Source: Macrostomum lignano
Taxonomy: Eukaryota
Length of the DNA: 64,000 nucleotides
Assembly: GCA_002269645.1 (NCBI GenBank)
Contig: NIVC01000353.1
Location: 496,001-560,000 of the forward strand
Direction of reading: 5' to 3'
Below, in pieces: positions 28,431 to 40,800 of the stretch. Each line of letters begins with the position of its first letter. Positions within the stretch are counted from its first letter, which is position 1. A program made the position numbers and the translations under genes. The notes beneath the pieces are model-generated. The model was not told the DNA's origin and searched no databases. It was given only the letters and a program-made list of their open reading frames with translations.

Positions 28431-29289
28431 CGATCTCTGCATGGAGACCAAATCCGAAGCCCATTCCAGTGCAATCAATGGCTATGGGGGAACAATGAAT
28501 TAATGAATTGGCCGCAGACCAGGCAACCAAAGCTACGAGAGCAAACACTTGGCGGGTTCTTCATAGGCGAGGCATTTTATCCAGCTAAAAATAGAACCAC
28601 TTCTACATGTGTGCTTGCAAAACCTAACGAGATACTCGTATGCGACACAAAAGCGAGGCATGATGGTAAAATACCTCATAGCAATCATAATAATTACTAT
28701 GAGCGTATATTACCTGTAATCAGTATAGCATGTGAAACTCTATACCCTGCTGTGTGTGGGAGAGACTCAAGAACGTGCTTAGCGTGCAATTGTTGAGCGC
28801 AAAAAAGTGAGTGAAGAAATAAGCAAGCTGAGAACAAAGAAAAGAAAAAGCTTGTTCTACTTTATGTCAGATTCTCATCAATTTTCGTGGGAGTTCTCTG
28901 TTGCTGGAATATTCTTTGATCACGACTAAATTGCATTTTACACTGATTATCGTATAAAACCATATGCATGCGAGCGTAGGGGGAAACAATTAAAATCAAT
29001 TCGATTGATCACTCCCTTAGTAAATCAGAGATACTACTTACAATTTAGCGTAGGATTACAGTATTTTGACTTCATTTACGTGTCATTGCAAAATCCAATA
29101 GTAATTTCCGCTCAATAGGCTTAAAGTATGAGCTTATAAGTACGCTTAACAGTTATCTGCATTGCATACACTGAGAGTGGTCCATTTGGTGTTATGAACT
29201 GATAAAAAAGTTAAAAGTACAAGCGAAATTATACATCAGCTTCCTATGTCCTTATTGTACCGATTGTCTCATTTCGTTTCCCAATGCCA

Positions 29290-29710
29290 ACTCCGACATC
29301 CCACCCCTACACCGACACCCACCCCTACTCCGACACCCACCCCTACTCCGACACCCACCCCTACTCCGACACCCACCCCTACTCCGACACCCACCCCTAC
29401 TCCGACACCCACCCCTACTCCGACACCCACCCCTACTCCGACACCCACCCCTACTCCGACACCCACCCCTACTCCGACACCCACCCCTACTCCGACACCC
29501 ACCCCTACTCCGACACCCACCCCTACTCCGACACCTACACCCAACTCCGACACCCCACCCCAACTCCGACACCCGCCCCTACTCCGACACCCACCCCTAC
29601 TCTGACACCTACGCCCAACTCCGACACCCACCCCTACCCCACCCACCCCTTCTCCGACACCCACCCCTACTCCGACACCCACCCCCAACTCCGAACCCAC
29701 CCCAACTCCA
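29290..29710. repeat. 18-bp minisatellite (CCGACACCCACCCCTACT)n
   Basis: Read directly. Confidence 0.95.
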
Positions 29711-29717
29711 CACACAG

Positions 29718-32283
29718 GAGACTACATCGTAGGTACGGTAGTCCGAGCCCTGCATGCCTCCTGGCACCCCACCTGCTTCGCTTGCCACCGTTGCGGCCGC
29801 GTTCTTGCCGACGCCTTCGTGAAAAGTCTCGGTCGAGCTTTGTGCCGGGAGTGCAACCTCGAAGAACGGATGCAATCCACTGTTCGCTATCTTTGCAATC
29901 GGTAAGTAGCCTTAGACAGATATCCGTGACAAGCTATTGCTTCAGAATTTAGCTCCGTTTAAGAAGTTCGTTGGGAACAGTAGTTTTTATTATTAGAATT
30001 ACTTTAGGGACTCCTTAAAGTTTGATTATATTTTTAGAAACTCGCGAGCACTTTTAGCAGCTTTTCTTCTATTTTTAGAAGCACGCGGGCACTCCTCGCA
30101 GGTTTTATTCTATTTTTAGAATTTCGCGGGCACTCCTAACAGTGTTCTTCTATTTTTATAATTTAGCGGCATTCCTAGCAGGTTTCTTCTATTTTTAGAA
30201 TCACGCGGGCACTCCTAGCAGGTTTCTTCTATTTTTAGAATCACGCGGGCACTCCTAGCAGGTTTCTTCTATTTTTAGAATCGCGTGAGAAAACCCTTGA
30301 AATTTACTCTATTTTAAATACAGTGCTATCGTAACACTAAAAACAAACCTTCCAGATGCAAAGACTTCGTTGACGAGGCCGAACTTCTGCGCTACCGTGG
30401 TGACAATTATCACGCTTATCACTTCGCTTGCACCACCTGTCGAATCGAGCTGACAGCCGAGGCACGAGAGAAAGACGACCGACTTTATTGCATCCGCTGC
30501 TTCGACAAGCTCGGCATTCCCGTGTGCGCCAGGTGCCGCCGACCCATCGATCAGGAGCGCGTTGTGCGGGCCCTCGGCCGGGCCTGGCATGTGGAACACT
30601 TCGTCTGCGCCGCCTGCGAAAAACCCTTCAACGGGACGCGCTACTTCGAGCGTCGGGGTCTGGCTTACTGCGAGACACATTTTCACCAACTATTCGGTCA
30701 GCTGTGCTTTCTGTGCGGCGACAGCATCAGCAAGGAGTGCGTGCAGACCTGCGGCAAGAGCTGGTGCAGGGCGCACTTCCGCTGCACCGTCTGCGACAGG
30801 GAGATGGATCAGAAGTGAGCTTGGGGCTCGGGTCTGACAGCTTGCACTTGTCTCTAAAAGGTGACATCCGTCTGTCAGGTGACATCCGTGTGTCTATCGA
30901 CATCCGTGTGTCTGTCAGGTGATATCCGTGTGTCTGTCAGGTGATATCCGTGTGTCTATCAGGTGACACCCGTGTGTTTATCAGGTGATATCCATGTGTC
31001 TATTAGGTGACATCCGTGTGTCTATCAGGTGATTTCCGTGTGTTTATCAGGTGACTATCAGGTGACACCCGTGTGTTTATCAGGTGATATCCATGTGTCT
31101 ATTAGGTGACATCCGTGTGTCTATCAGGTGATTTCCGTGTGTTTATCAGGTGACTATCAGGTGACACCCGTGTGTTTATCAGGTGATATCCATGTGTCTA
31201 TCAGATGACATCCGTGTGTCTATCAGGTGATATCCGTGTGTTTATCAGGTGACTATCAGGTGACATCCGTGTATCTATCAGGTGACACCCGTGTGTTTAT
31301 CAGGTGATATCCATGTGTCTATCAGGTGACATCCGTGTGTCTATCAGGTGACATCCGTGTGTTTATCAGGTGACACCCGTGTGTTTATCAGGTGATATCC
31401 ATGTGTCTATCAGGTTACATCCGTGTGTCTATCAGGTGACACCCGTGTGTTTATCAGGTGATATCCGTGTGTCTATCAGGTGATATCCGTGTGTCTATCA
31501 GGTGACACCCGTGTGTTTATCAGGTGATATCTATGTGTCTATCAGGTGACATCCGTGTGTCTATCAGGTGACATCCGTGTGTCTATCAGGTGATATCCGT
31601 GTGTCTAACAGGTGATATCCGTGTGTCTATCAGGTGACACCCGTGTGTTTATCAGGTGATATCTATGTGTCTATCAGGTGACATCCGTGTGTCTATCAGG
31701 TGACATCCGTGTGTCTATCAGGTGATATCCGTGTGTCTAACAGGTAATTGATTACACCTGCCCCAATGGCCAGATGTGCAACCGACAGCTCAGCTGCAGT
31801 TATTGCGCGGCGCATCTGAAGGCTGCGTACGGCTGTTCAGTCCAAGGACTGGGGGGGTCGCCACAAACACCCTCAATTACCCCAGCTAATGCTGGCACCC
31901 ATTTTACCGCTGGGTGAACTGAAGCAGTGTAGATTTAAGTGTCTTGCTCAAGGACACAAATAGTTCCAGTGAGAATGGGAATCGAACTCCCGACCTTCAA
32001 GTCGTGAGTCCGACAACCACTAGGCTACAACCCTTAGTTTTTGCCTAAAAATGATATTCACGTGTGTCTAACAGACGTAAAGGATGTAATATGAGTCGTG
32101 AACTACAATAGTACATAGCGAATGAACTCACGTCGCAGCAACACCAATCCCCATGGAAACAAAAATCCTTCCAGAAGCAAATTCTATGAATACGACCTGA
32201 AGCCGGTGTGCAAACGATGCTACCAGAAATTTCCTACCGAGCTGAGGAAACGATTGGCCAAGATTCACAAGCAGACTCGGTAG
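29718..32283 (+). CDS. LIMS: PINCH/LIMS (UNC-97-like) LIM adaptor, LIM2-LIM5 and C-terminus; exons 29718-29901, 30356-30814, 32175-32283
   Basis: Phase-2 joins agree; [58 protein letters not shown] and [26 protein letters not shown] follow PINCH closely; AATAAA at about 32365. Confidence 0.92.
30040..30285. repeat. 40-bp minisatellite (GGTTTCTTCTATTTTTAGAATCACGCGGGCACTCCTAGCA)n
   Basis: Read directly; intronic. Confidence 0.9.
30860..31745. repeat. 22-bp minisatellite (GTGTGTCTATCAGGTGACATCC)n
   Basis: Read directly; in the last PINCH intron. Confidence 0.96.
31745..32033 (-). mobile_element. tRNA-headed SINE
   Basis: A-box-like TAGCCTAGTGG and B-box GTTCGATTCC, then GTGTCCTTGAGCAAGACACTT...TTCACCCAGCGGTAAAATGGGTGCC, typical of conserved central domains of metazoan SINEs; second head copy at 37001. 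Confidence 0.75.
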
Positions 32284-32589
32284 ATCTGCATCAGACACGA
32301 CCCCTTTACTGAAACTACTGAAAGTAAAATTAATGCAAATTTCAATTGAATGATTTAGAAATTTAATAAAGTTTGATTTACTGTAAACTTTTGCTTACCT
32401 TTTGTTTACTAGCTTCCGCGATTGACCATGATAGTTTTAGATTTTAATTTCAATAAACTATACTGTAATATAATGTTGCACTATATATAGCCAGTGCTAA
32501 AATGTTTCGTAACTTCATTACACACATTGAGCATCAAATTTTACACTTGGTACTGCGATTGGACTTGATTTTTATGATGAGGTTAGAAG

Positions 32590-33010
32590 AGTGGAGATCA
32601 GAGTGAATGAGGGAGGAATTAGGGGTGGATATCAGAGTGAATGAAGGAGGAATTGGGGGCGGAGGTCAGAGTGAATGAGGGAGGAATTGGGGCGGAGATC
32701 AGAGTGAATGAGGGAGGAATTGGGGCGGAGATCAGAGTGAATGAGGGAGGAATCGGGGCGGAGATCAGAGTGAATGAGAGAGGAATTGGGGGCGGAGATC
32801 AGAGTGAATGAGGGAGGAATTGGGGCGGAGATCAGAGTGAATGAGGGAGGAATTGGGGCGGAGATCAGAGTGAATGAAGGAGGAATTGGGGCGGAGGTCA
32901 GAGTGAATGAAGGAGAAAGGGGCGGAGATCGGAGTGAATGAGGGAAGAATTAGAGGCGGAGATCAGAGTGAATGAAGGAGGAATTAAGGTCGGAGATCAG
33001 AGTGAATGAA
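32590..33010. repeat. 33-bp minisatellite (GGAGATCAGAGTGAATGAGGGAGGAATTGGGGC)n
   Basis: Read directly. Confidence 0.94.
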
Positions 33011-33794
33011 GGACTGAGGAAGGGTTGGAGATGAAGGGGATAAAAAACAGTTGGAACGAAAGAGCAGTGGAACCCGGGGTACACGAGCAAGCTTTTATAT
33101 CCTAAATTACAACTGAATCGCAAGATATACTACTTCAAAGTAAAGTATACGCATATTGTTTTTATTTGTGCTTGACTTGCTCTTTTCAACTTGTCGCTAT
33201 TGGCTCTAGTGAGTGGAGTGAGGGATACGTGCTCTGCTCTCCTGGCGCGGCCTCTGGGGCTTTTGGTCTTGGCAATTAAAAACAACAACGAACGCCAGTC
33301 GAAATAATGCGTTCTTGGTCTGGCCCGTGAATATGGGCTTAGGGTAAGGTTAAATGTAAATGAAGCGACGAGAACAGAGAAGGGCCAAGAGAGACAGGCC
33401 GGCAGAGTGGACGGTCAAGAGGGGTTTATAGCTCGTATACCAGAGCGTAACTGCATGGATACTGGGGCACAGAGAGCGAGACAGGGCTGTAGAGAGTGAG
33501 TGTAGGACGACTATATTCAAAGGAAACGGTTGCCACTATACAGTAATAGAGTGCTTCGTCTACAGCCTACAGGAGACACAATCTCAGATGGGAGAGAGAG
33601 AGGGAGCGAGGACTATATATAACTGATAATTTGCTGCTCCCTGCTAAATTAAATAAATATAGAAGCAAAGCGGTGGACACACGCAATTCAGAGCTGCGGT
33701 GAAAGACAAGAAAACTGTGTTAGCCTTCCCCAATGCGATAATGACTTAGTGCTGTAGAACTTGTCTCGACTAAAAAAATACGAAACAGAACGCC

Positions 33795-34751
33795 ATGCAG
33801 AACGGCAACAATTGCTTGTACAATCCGCGGTACAGCGACTGTCTAAAAGAGATGCTACTCCAGTCTCTGCTACTAGGAGACCAGTCTCAGCGCCTGTTTG
33901 ACAGACACGGCTGTCAAGGTCCGATAGTATCCGATGACAGCGGCTTGTCAGCGATTGACGGCAGCCAGCTGGTAGCGATGCGAACTGGCTGGGACAACTG
34001 CTCGGGTCCGTATCCAGCGTTTCGAGTTGAACATCGAGCTACAGCTGGCCCGCTGCTGACACAGAAGAATCTGCTGACCGTAATGCGGGCTCGGCGTCTG
34101 GGACCGCTTCGAGTGCGAGCGGGGGCGCCTGCGGCGGCAGCTACCCCAGCAGAGCAATCGCCTGCGCCAACATCGAGCCGGCTCGAAGTCCAGACGCCTC
34201 CGCCAGACAGTTGCGCGACCTATCGGGATCGCAAGGACCAGCAGAGATTTGTTGCAGCTTCGTCAATTGCCAGCCTGCGTCGATCACTGCCGATTCTTCC
34301 GCCAACCGTCGCATCGTCTGTTGACAGCGTCGAGCGCGACGGCCCAGTAGTTCTTCGCAAGCAGCTCACTGATCGAAACGGTTCGGCGCTAATGCTGGAG
34401 ACAGATGTCGCTTCTTCAACGGCTACCCACGTCCATGTTGGTCCCGTAAACATTATCGAACCGGACGAGCTCAGTCTGTCCTTCAATTACAATCGATTCC
34501 GCGAACGATTGTCCCGTTGGGAAGCGGCGGCCGAGGCGGCGGTTGTTGCCGCTTCCCCAATTTCCAGCGCCGAGCTGCTGCGTCTGTCGCACCGACAACC
34601 GGCGCCCGGGCTGCAGATTCGATCAGTGGTCGTCTCGGACCGATCCGTCGCTGCCTCAGTGCCTTCGTCAACGGGTGGTGGCGGAAGCCGCAGCGGCGGT
34701 GGCATCAAAAGTCGTCGTCCAAGGCAGGTCAAGAGCAATCAGCGCAGATGA
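33795..34751 (+). CDS. Intronless 318-aa hypothetical protein, no recognised domain
   Basis: Non-repetitive GC-rich ATG ORF with composition like neighbouring exons; TATATAA at about 33614. Confidence 0.6.
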   Translation: MQNGNNCLYNPRYSDCLKEMLLQSLLLGDQSQRLFDRHGCQGPIVSDDSGLSAIDGSQLVAMRTGWDNCSGPYPAFRVEHRATAGPLLTQKNLLTVMRARRLGPLRVRAGAPAAAATPAEQSPAPTSSRLEVQTPPPDSCATYRDRKDQQRFVAASSIASLRRSLPILPPTVASSVDSVERDGPVVLRKQLTDRNGSALMLETDVASSTATHVHVGPVNIIEPDELSLSFNYNRFRERLSRWEAAAEAAVVAASPISSAELLRLSHRQPAPGLQIRSVVVSDRSVAASVPSSTGGGGSRSGGGIKSRRPRQVKSNQRR

Positions 34752-35389
34752 TCGACTGATATTTGTCAAAGCATGTATTTTCTAGATCTTTCTCTTCCGT
34801 CTTACGTTGCCTTAATATGCCTCATACAGGTATTTCTCCTTGTCGCTCATTAAAGTGCCCTTTCTACCCTGTGCTTCCATCCATGTGGTGCCCCTTCTAC
34901 TCTGTCCTTAACTCTTTCATTCTTCATCATCCTTCCATGCTACCTTTCTTATTGTAATGATATTTCGTATTCTGATGATAACGTATAAGTAGTATTTAAG
35001 CGCGTTCTTTCCATTGTCTCTCAAGCCAGAGATTTTAACAAAGCGCTTACTGCAGCTTTGCCAATTTTGGTTGCCATTGGTTACCATCAGTAAATTACCA
35101 AGCAAGTGCATTTACATGTATATTAATTATTACTATTAGTTAACTGCCTGTATAACTCAAAAAATTTTAATTTATGTACACGTAGCACCGTACAACGTAT
35201 TAAATAAACAGAAAAGTAAGCATTCAATTTCGAATTAATTACGAAATACTAAGTAAAGTAAAGCTTTTGAAACTATACAAATTATATACTTTAACTTTTT
35301 GTCTGTCATTTCATTTAATTTTGACAAATATTTTCAAATTTATTTTTGAAACAGGTGAAATGACCAAATAATACTTTTTAAATCTTAGC

Positions 35390-36100
35390 TTATAGGTTCT
35401 GAGCGGAAGAGGGCGACCTTCAGGCTGTCGGTGGCGAACCGGCAGTTGAAAAGCGGAGAAGGTGGGAGGCCCGCGACGCCATGTAGCTGCTTGTGGTTGT
35501 TGACAATGGCATCCGGGTCAGTGACCAAGGACGCCCAGATACTGGAACTGGTTGCACGGGGCGATTGGTGTTGCCGTCCGGTAGAAACAGTGGTGGAGAA
35601 CTGGCAATGCCAACATGCAGCACCTGTCTTGCCGTGGTTGATGTGGAGTCCCACGAGCTTCCCCTCTGCGCAGCTTCGGGGCTGCAGCAGGTCAACGCCA
35701 TGTCGTCGGCGTTGGCGAGGCACCACTTTATAGCCGTCTTCGTCACACAGAGCCAGCCGCATGACGTAGTCGATCAGGATGACAAATAGAAACGGGGATA
35801 AGGTGTCGCCTTGCAGGACCCCGGACGGAGGTGGTGGCAAATTCAGATGTAGGGCCGTGGTCAGTCTGAACATAAGCCTTGGACGAGCTGTGGAGGTCCA
35901 TGATCGCCTGGACTAGCAGCTGAGGAACTCCATCTCCATGTTGCTGAAGGAGCCAGGCAATGGCCGCCCGGATGACAGAGTCAATTTCAAAAGCTTTGCA
36001 GAAATCTACGAGCGTACAAAGGCAATTGACACCGCCTTTGGCGAGTCTCGCAGAGTGTCAACGTCAAGGACTCGAGGATGCACCCAATCCGAGCGACTTG
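35390..36100 (-). pseudogene. Decayed non-LTR retrotransposon reverse-transcriptase fragment (RTE-like)
   Basis: VDFCKAF..DSV, GVLQGDTLSPFLFVILIDYVMR, ADDMAL and GLHINHGKT motifs split across frames. Confidence 0.85.
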
Positions 36101-36306
36101 TAAAAATCAAGGTAGGCGGCAATGGCAATCATACTTTGATTAGCTTAGCTTGGACCTTAGACCTTAGACATTTTAATCTAATGGATGTAGAATGCTTAGA
36201 GCAAAAATAGATACAGTGGCAATGTTGTTTTATTCTTGCGGACTCCGCATTACCTGCACTTGGACTATCAAATGTAAAACCGCCCAACTGTACTCCTACG
36301 TGTAAC

Positions 36307-36378
36307 TCCTCGATAGTATAGTGGTCAGTATCTCCGCCTGTCACGTGGAAGGCCCGGGTTCGATTCCCGGTCGGGGAG
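36307..36378 (+). tRNA. trnD-GTC: tRNA-Asp(GTC)
   Basis: 72 nt; close match to eukaryotic tRNA-Asp; anticodon arm TCCGC-CTGTCAC-GTGGA; GTTCGATTC T-loop; T5 terminator at about 36383. Confidence 0.95.
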
Positions 36379-37000
36379 AAACTTTTTCGTTAAAAATTCT
36401 CCGTAAGGTAACCTTTGTTCGAAGTAATTTTTTCTCTCAGCCTCTTTTGCGTCTTAAAAACTTGAATCATTTTAATCTCCCTGTTTCATTGCTTACAAAG
36501 CAACACAGCAAGCCCCTCATTCTGTTAAATTTGTAATCTAACATTTTAAAAGAACGATATGTATTGTATAAAACGTAATAAGGCATATTTTATTTAATGA
36601 TTAATAGTCGATTAATAGTTCATTTTTAACTCTTATTAGCACAATTTTAGCATAGATTAATTAGATAGCTGTTATTAAATCAACTTTAACAATTTTGGCT
36701 TTCGGGATAAACTATATCAACTATTAAATGAAAAATAAAATAATACAAATTGCAATTGAAAGCGTATATAAAAATTCACAAGCAAACCGATCAACGCATT
36801 TTATGCAAGTAAATCAAGTAGTATATTAGAAGTTTTAGTTTATTTTAAGTACATCAGCAAAAGGCACAGCTATATTTCCGCGAGGTCACACTAATTTAAA
36901 CGCCAGCTTATTAGGAAAAGCCGTTCAAGCTGTTTATAGCTGTAGTTTTTTAATTTATGCGGATTAAAACATTCATTGTGTATTTAAGCCGATATTTGAG

Positions 37001-37087
37001 GGGTTGTAGCCTTAGTGTTTAGAGCGTCGGACTCACCACTGAAAGGTCTGGGGTTCGATTCTCGACCCTCTCGGAACAATTTATGTC
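37001..37087 (+). mobile_element. SINE tRNA-like head, cut off where the 21-bp array begins
   Basis: GGGTTGTAGCC..GTCGGACTCAC..GAAGGTC..GTTCGATTC..GGAAC.ATTT.TGTC matches the 5' part of the SINE at 32033; anticodon arm poorly paired. Confidence 0.7.
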
Positions 37088-37745
37088 ACTGTCTCTTAGT
37101 CTGGCGCCACTGTCTCTAAGGTTGGCACCCCTGTCTCTTAAGTTGGCGCCACTGTCTCTTAAGTTGGCGCCACTGTCTCTTAAGTTGGCGCCACTGTCTC
37201 TTAAGTTGGCGCCACTGTCTCTTAAGTTGGCGCCACTGTCTCTTAAGTTGGCGCCACTGTCTCTTAGTCTGGCGCCACTGTCTCTTAGGTTGGCGCCACT
37301 GTCTCTTAGGTTGGCGCCACTGTCTGTTAAGTTGGCGCCACTGTCTCTTAAGTTGGCGCCACTGTCTCTTAATCTGGCGCCACTGTCTCTTAGTCTGGCG
37401 CCACTGTCTCTTAGGCTGGCGCCACTGTCTCTTAGGTTGGTGCCCCTGTCTCTTAGGCTGGTGCCCCTGTCTCTTAGGCTGGCGCCTCTGTCTCTTAGGC
37501 TGGCGCCCCTGTCTCTTAGTCTGGCGCCACTGTCTCTTAGTCTGGCACCACTGTCTCTTAGGTTGGCGCCACTGTCTGTGAGGTTGGCGCCACTGTCTCT
37601 TAAGTTGGCGCCACTGTCTCTTAGGTTGGCGCCCTGTCTCTTAGTCTGGCGCCACTGTCTCTTAGGTTGGCGTCACTGTCTGTGAGGTTGGCGCCACTGA
37701 TCTTAGGCTGGCGCCCCTGTCTCTTAGGCTGGCGCCACTGTCTGC
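37083..37745 (-). repeat. 21-bp minisatellite, same family as 2003-2950, reverse orientation
   Basis: TTGGCGCCACTGTCTCTTAAG/G units. Confidence 0.96.
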
Positions 37746-37879
37746 GAGGTGAAATTCTGTATAATTATATCGGTCGTCTCGATAATGAATATTCGGCATT
37801 GAAATCATATTGTTACAAGAAACATTCTGACTCAGCTGATGAATCCCCCATCCTATGGAAGTACAAGTTCTATACTCAT

Positions 37880-40800
37880 TTAAACCTCTCCATCGTCAAA
37901 TAATAACAAATCGGTTTTGCCGGCCACCACCGTCGGAACCGCCGACGGCCTCTCCGGTGCTCGTCGTTTCGGCGGCTGTCGTTGAACTTGAGCAGCTGAT
38001 GGTCCTGCGGAATTCCTGTCAGCTGATGCTGTATTATCAATATTTACACTTCCACTACTGTCAACTGCAGTATTATTGCGCGTCTGCTGCGTCAGCCTCC
38101 TACGCCGTAGTTCCAGCCGCTCTTGGCCAATCTGCCGACGCCTGTCGGGGTCGCTGATGCGCCACTGGTAGGCGCATTGGCAGGCGAGAGTGGCCGCGGC
38201 CAGCAGGGCCAGGGCCAGGCCGGAGGCGAGCGCTGCACCAGCCAGTCTGCCTGATAGGCGAGTGACGGGTTCGCGGCACGGGCCGGAGTCCGGCTGATGG
38301 GTGGCAGGGGGCTGCGGAGTTGTTATATGCGCACGTTGGAGTTCGGGGAATTTTGTGGGAGATTACAATATAAACAGGAATCTGTTGGGAAATTTGGTGA
38401 GGAATCAAGCAGGGGAATTTGTAGAAATCAGAAGGAAATCCATAGGAAATCTGTAGGAAATCAATTGGGGCATCTGTTAGGGGGAATCCGTTAGGGGAAT
38501 CCGTTAGGGGAATCCGTTATGGGGAATCCGTTAGGGGAATCCGTTAGGGGAATCTGTTGGGGAATCCGTTAGGGGAATCCGTTAGGGGAATTCGTTAGGG
38601 GAATCCGTTAGGGGAATCCGTTAGGGGAATTCGTTAGAGGAATCCGTTAGGGGAATCCGTTTGGGGAATCCGTTTGAGGGATCCGTTTAGTGGAGACAGT
38701 TGGGAGAATCCATTTGAAGAATACGTTAGGGGAATCCATTGGGAAATCCATTCGAGGGATTCGCTGGGGGAATCCGTTTAGTAACCGTAAGGGTGAAGGC
38801 ATTTATTAGGAAATTCATTGAAAAATCAGACTTAGGAATTAGCATGTTTCTGCGTTTCATCAAGCGTGAAAATGTGCTTCTCAAGAATATTTAATATCCG
38901 AAGTCAGAAAAGTAAGGAAAAATCAGGAGGAGGCCAGAAGAGTCAGGGAACGGATCCCCTAACGGATTCCCCAACATATTCCCCAAACGGATTCCCCAAA
39001 CGGATTTCCCTAACGGATTCCCCTAACGAATTCCCCTAACGGATTCCCCTAACGGATTCCCCAACATATTCCCCAAATAGTCAGGGGGAATCACGAGGGG
39101 GCCAGAAGAGTCAGGGGGAATCAGGAGGAGGCCACAAGAGTCAGGGGGAATCACGAGGAGGCCACAAGAGTCAGGGACAATCACGAGGAGGCCAGAAGAG
39201 TCGGGGAGAATCAGGAAGAGGCCACAAGAGTCAGGGGGAATCACGAGAAGGCCACAAGAGTCAGGGGGAATCAGGAGGAGGCCAGAAGAGTCAGGGGGAA
39301 TCACGAGGAGGCCACAAGAGTCAGGGGAATCACGAGGAGGCCACAAGAGTCAGGGGAATCACGAGGAGGCCACAAGAGTCAGGGGAAATCACGAGGAGGC
39401 CACAAGAGTCAGGGGGAATCACGAGGAGGCCACAAGAGTCAGGGGAAATCACGAGGAGGCCACAAGAGTCAGGGGGAATCAGGAGGAGGCCAGAAGATGA
39501 GTCAAAGTTGATGAAAACAACTTGAAGAAAAAAGCAATAAAAACACCCAGAAGCAAACTCAGAAGCAAACTCAGAAGCAGCTCACCAAGTTCTTTTGAGT
39601 CACAGCAGGCGTAACAACCGATCCATTGCCATCCTTGTCTCCAAGGACTCCAGCGGCGCCAGCAGAAGGCGATTGCGGACACACCGACCGATGCGCCGTG
39701 GTGAAATTCCATCCGCTACAGTTCAATTCCGTTTGCAGACGGTCCACCAGCCAATCTGTGCGACAGTCGCGTACAAGCTGAAAGTTGCGTTCAACGACTC
39801 GCAGAGCAGAGTCGCGACCGGCAAAACAGGCGGCACCGAGGAACAGGGAGGTCCCGGCAAGGAGCAGCAAGGCGCCCAGGTGTAGCAGAGTCGCTTGGAC
39901 TCGGCCGGTGCGCAGCGAAGTCCAGCCGAATATGCCCGCCAGGGCCAGTAGCAGAGGCAGGAGGAGAGCCACCGAGCTGGCCTGTGACGGTGATGGGGTT
40001 GAAGGTTTGGGTATGATGGAGATAGGGAGAGAAGGGACGGAAAGGAGACAGAGAAGTTGAGGAGGCAGACAAAGGAGAGATATAAGTGGAGAGTAAAGGA
40101 GAAAAAGGAGAGAGAAATGGAGAGAGACAGACAAAAGAGAGAGATAAGTAGAGAATGATGGAGAGAAGGGAGAGAGAGAAGTGAAGAAGGAGCTGTAGAC
40201 AAAGGAGAGAGAAGTGGAGAGGGATGGAGACAAAGGAGAGAGAAGTGGAGAGGGATGGAGACAAAGGAGATATAAGTGGAGAGGGATGGAGACAAAAGAG
40301 AGAGAAGTGGAGAGGGAGAGAGACAAAGGAGAGAGAAGTGGAGAGGGATGGAGACAAAGGAGAGAGAAGTGGAGAGGGAGAGAGACAAAGGAGAGAGAAG
40401 TGGAGAGGGATGGAGACAAAGGAGAGAGAAGTGGAGAGGGATGGAGACAAAGGAGAGAGAAGTGGAGAGGGATGGAGACAAAGGAGAGAGAAGTGGAGAG
40501 GGATGGAGACAAAGGAGAGAGAAGTGGAGAGGGATGGAGACAAAAGAGAGAGAAGTGGAGGGATGGAGACAAAGGAGAGAGAAGTGGAGGGATGGAGACA
40601 AAGGAGAGAGAAGTGGAGGGATGGAGACAAAGGAGAGAGAAGTGGAGGGATGGAGACAAAGGAGAGAGAAGTGGAGAGGGAGAGAGACAAAGGAGAGAGA
40701 AGTGGAGAGGGAGAGAGACAAAGGAGATATAAGTGGAGAGGGATGGAGACAAAGGAGAGAGAAGTGGAGAGGGATGGAGACAAAGGAGAGAGAAGTGGAG

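Noticed and set aside
29246-29952. (PT)n and (DTHPYS)n extensin-like ORFs
   Set aside because: 18-bp array upstream of the PINCH exon acceptor at 29717
37001-37075. Second tRNA gene
   Set aside because: Anticodon arm does not pair well and the sequence continues into SINE body homology
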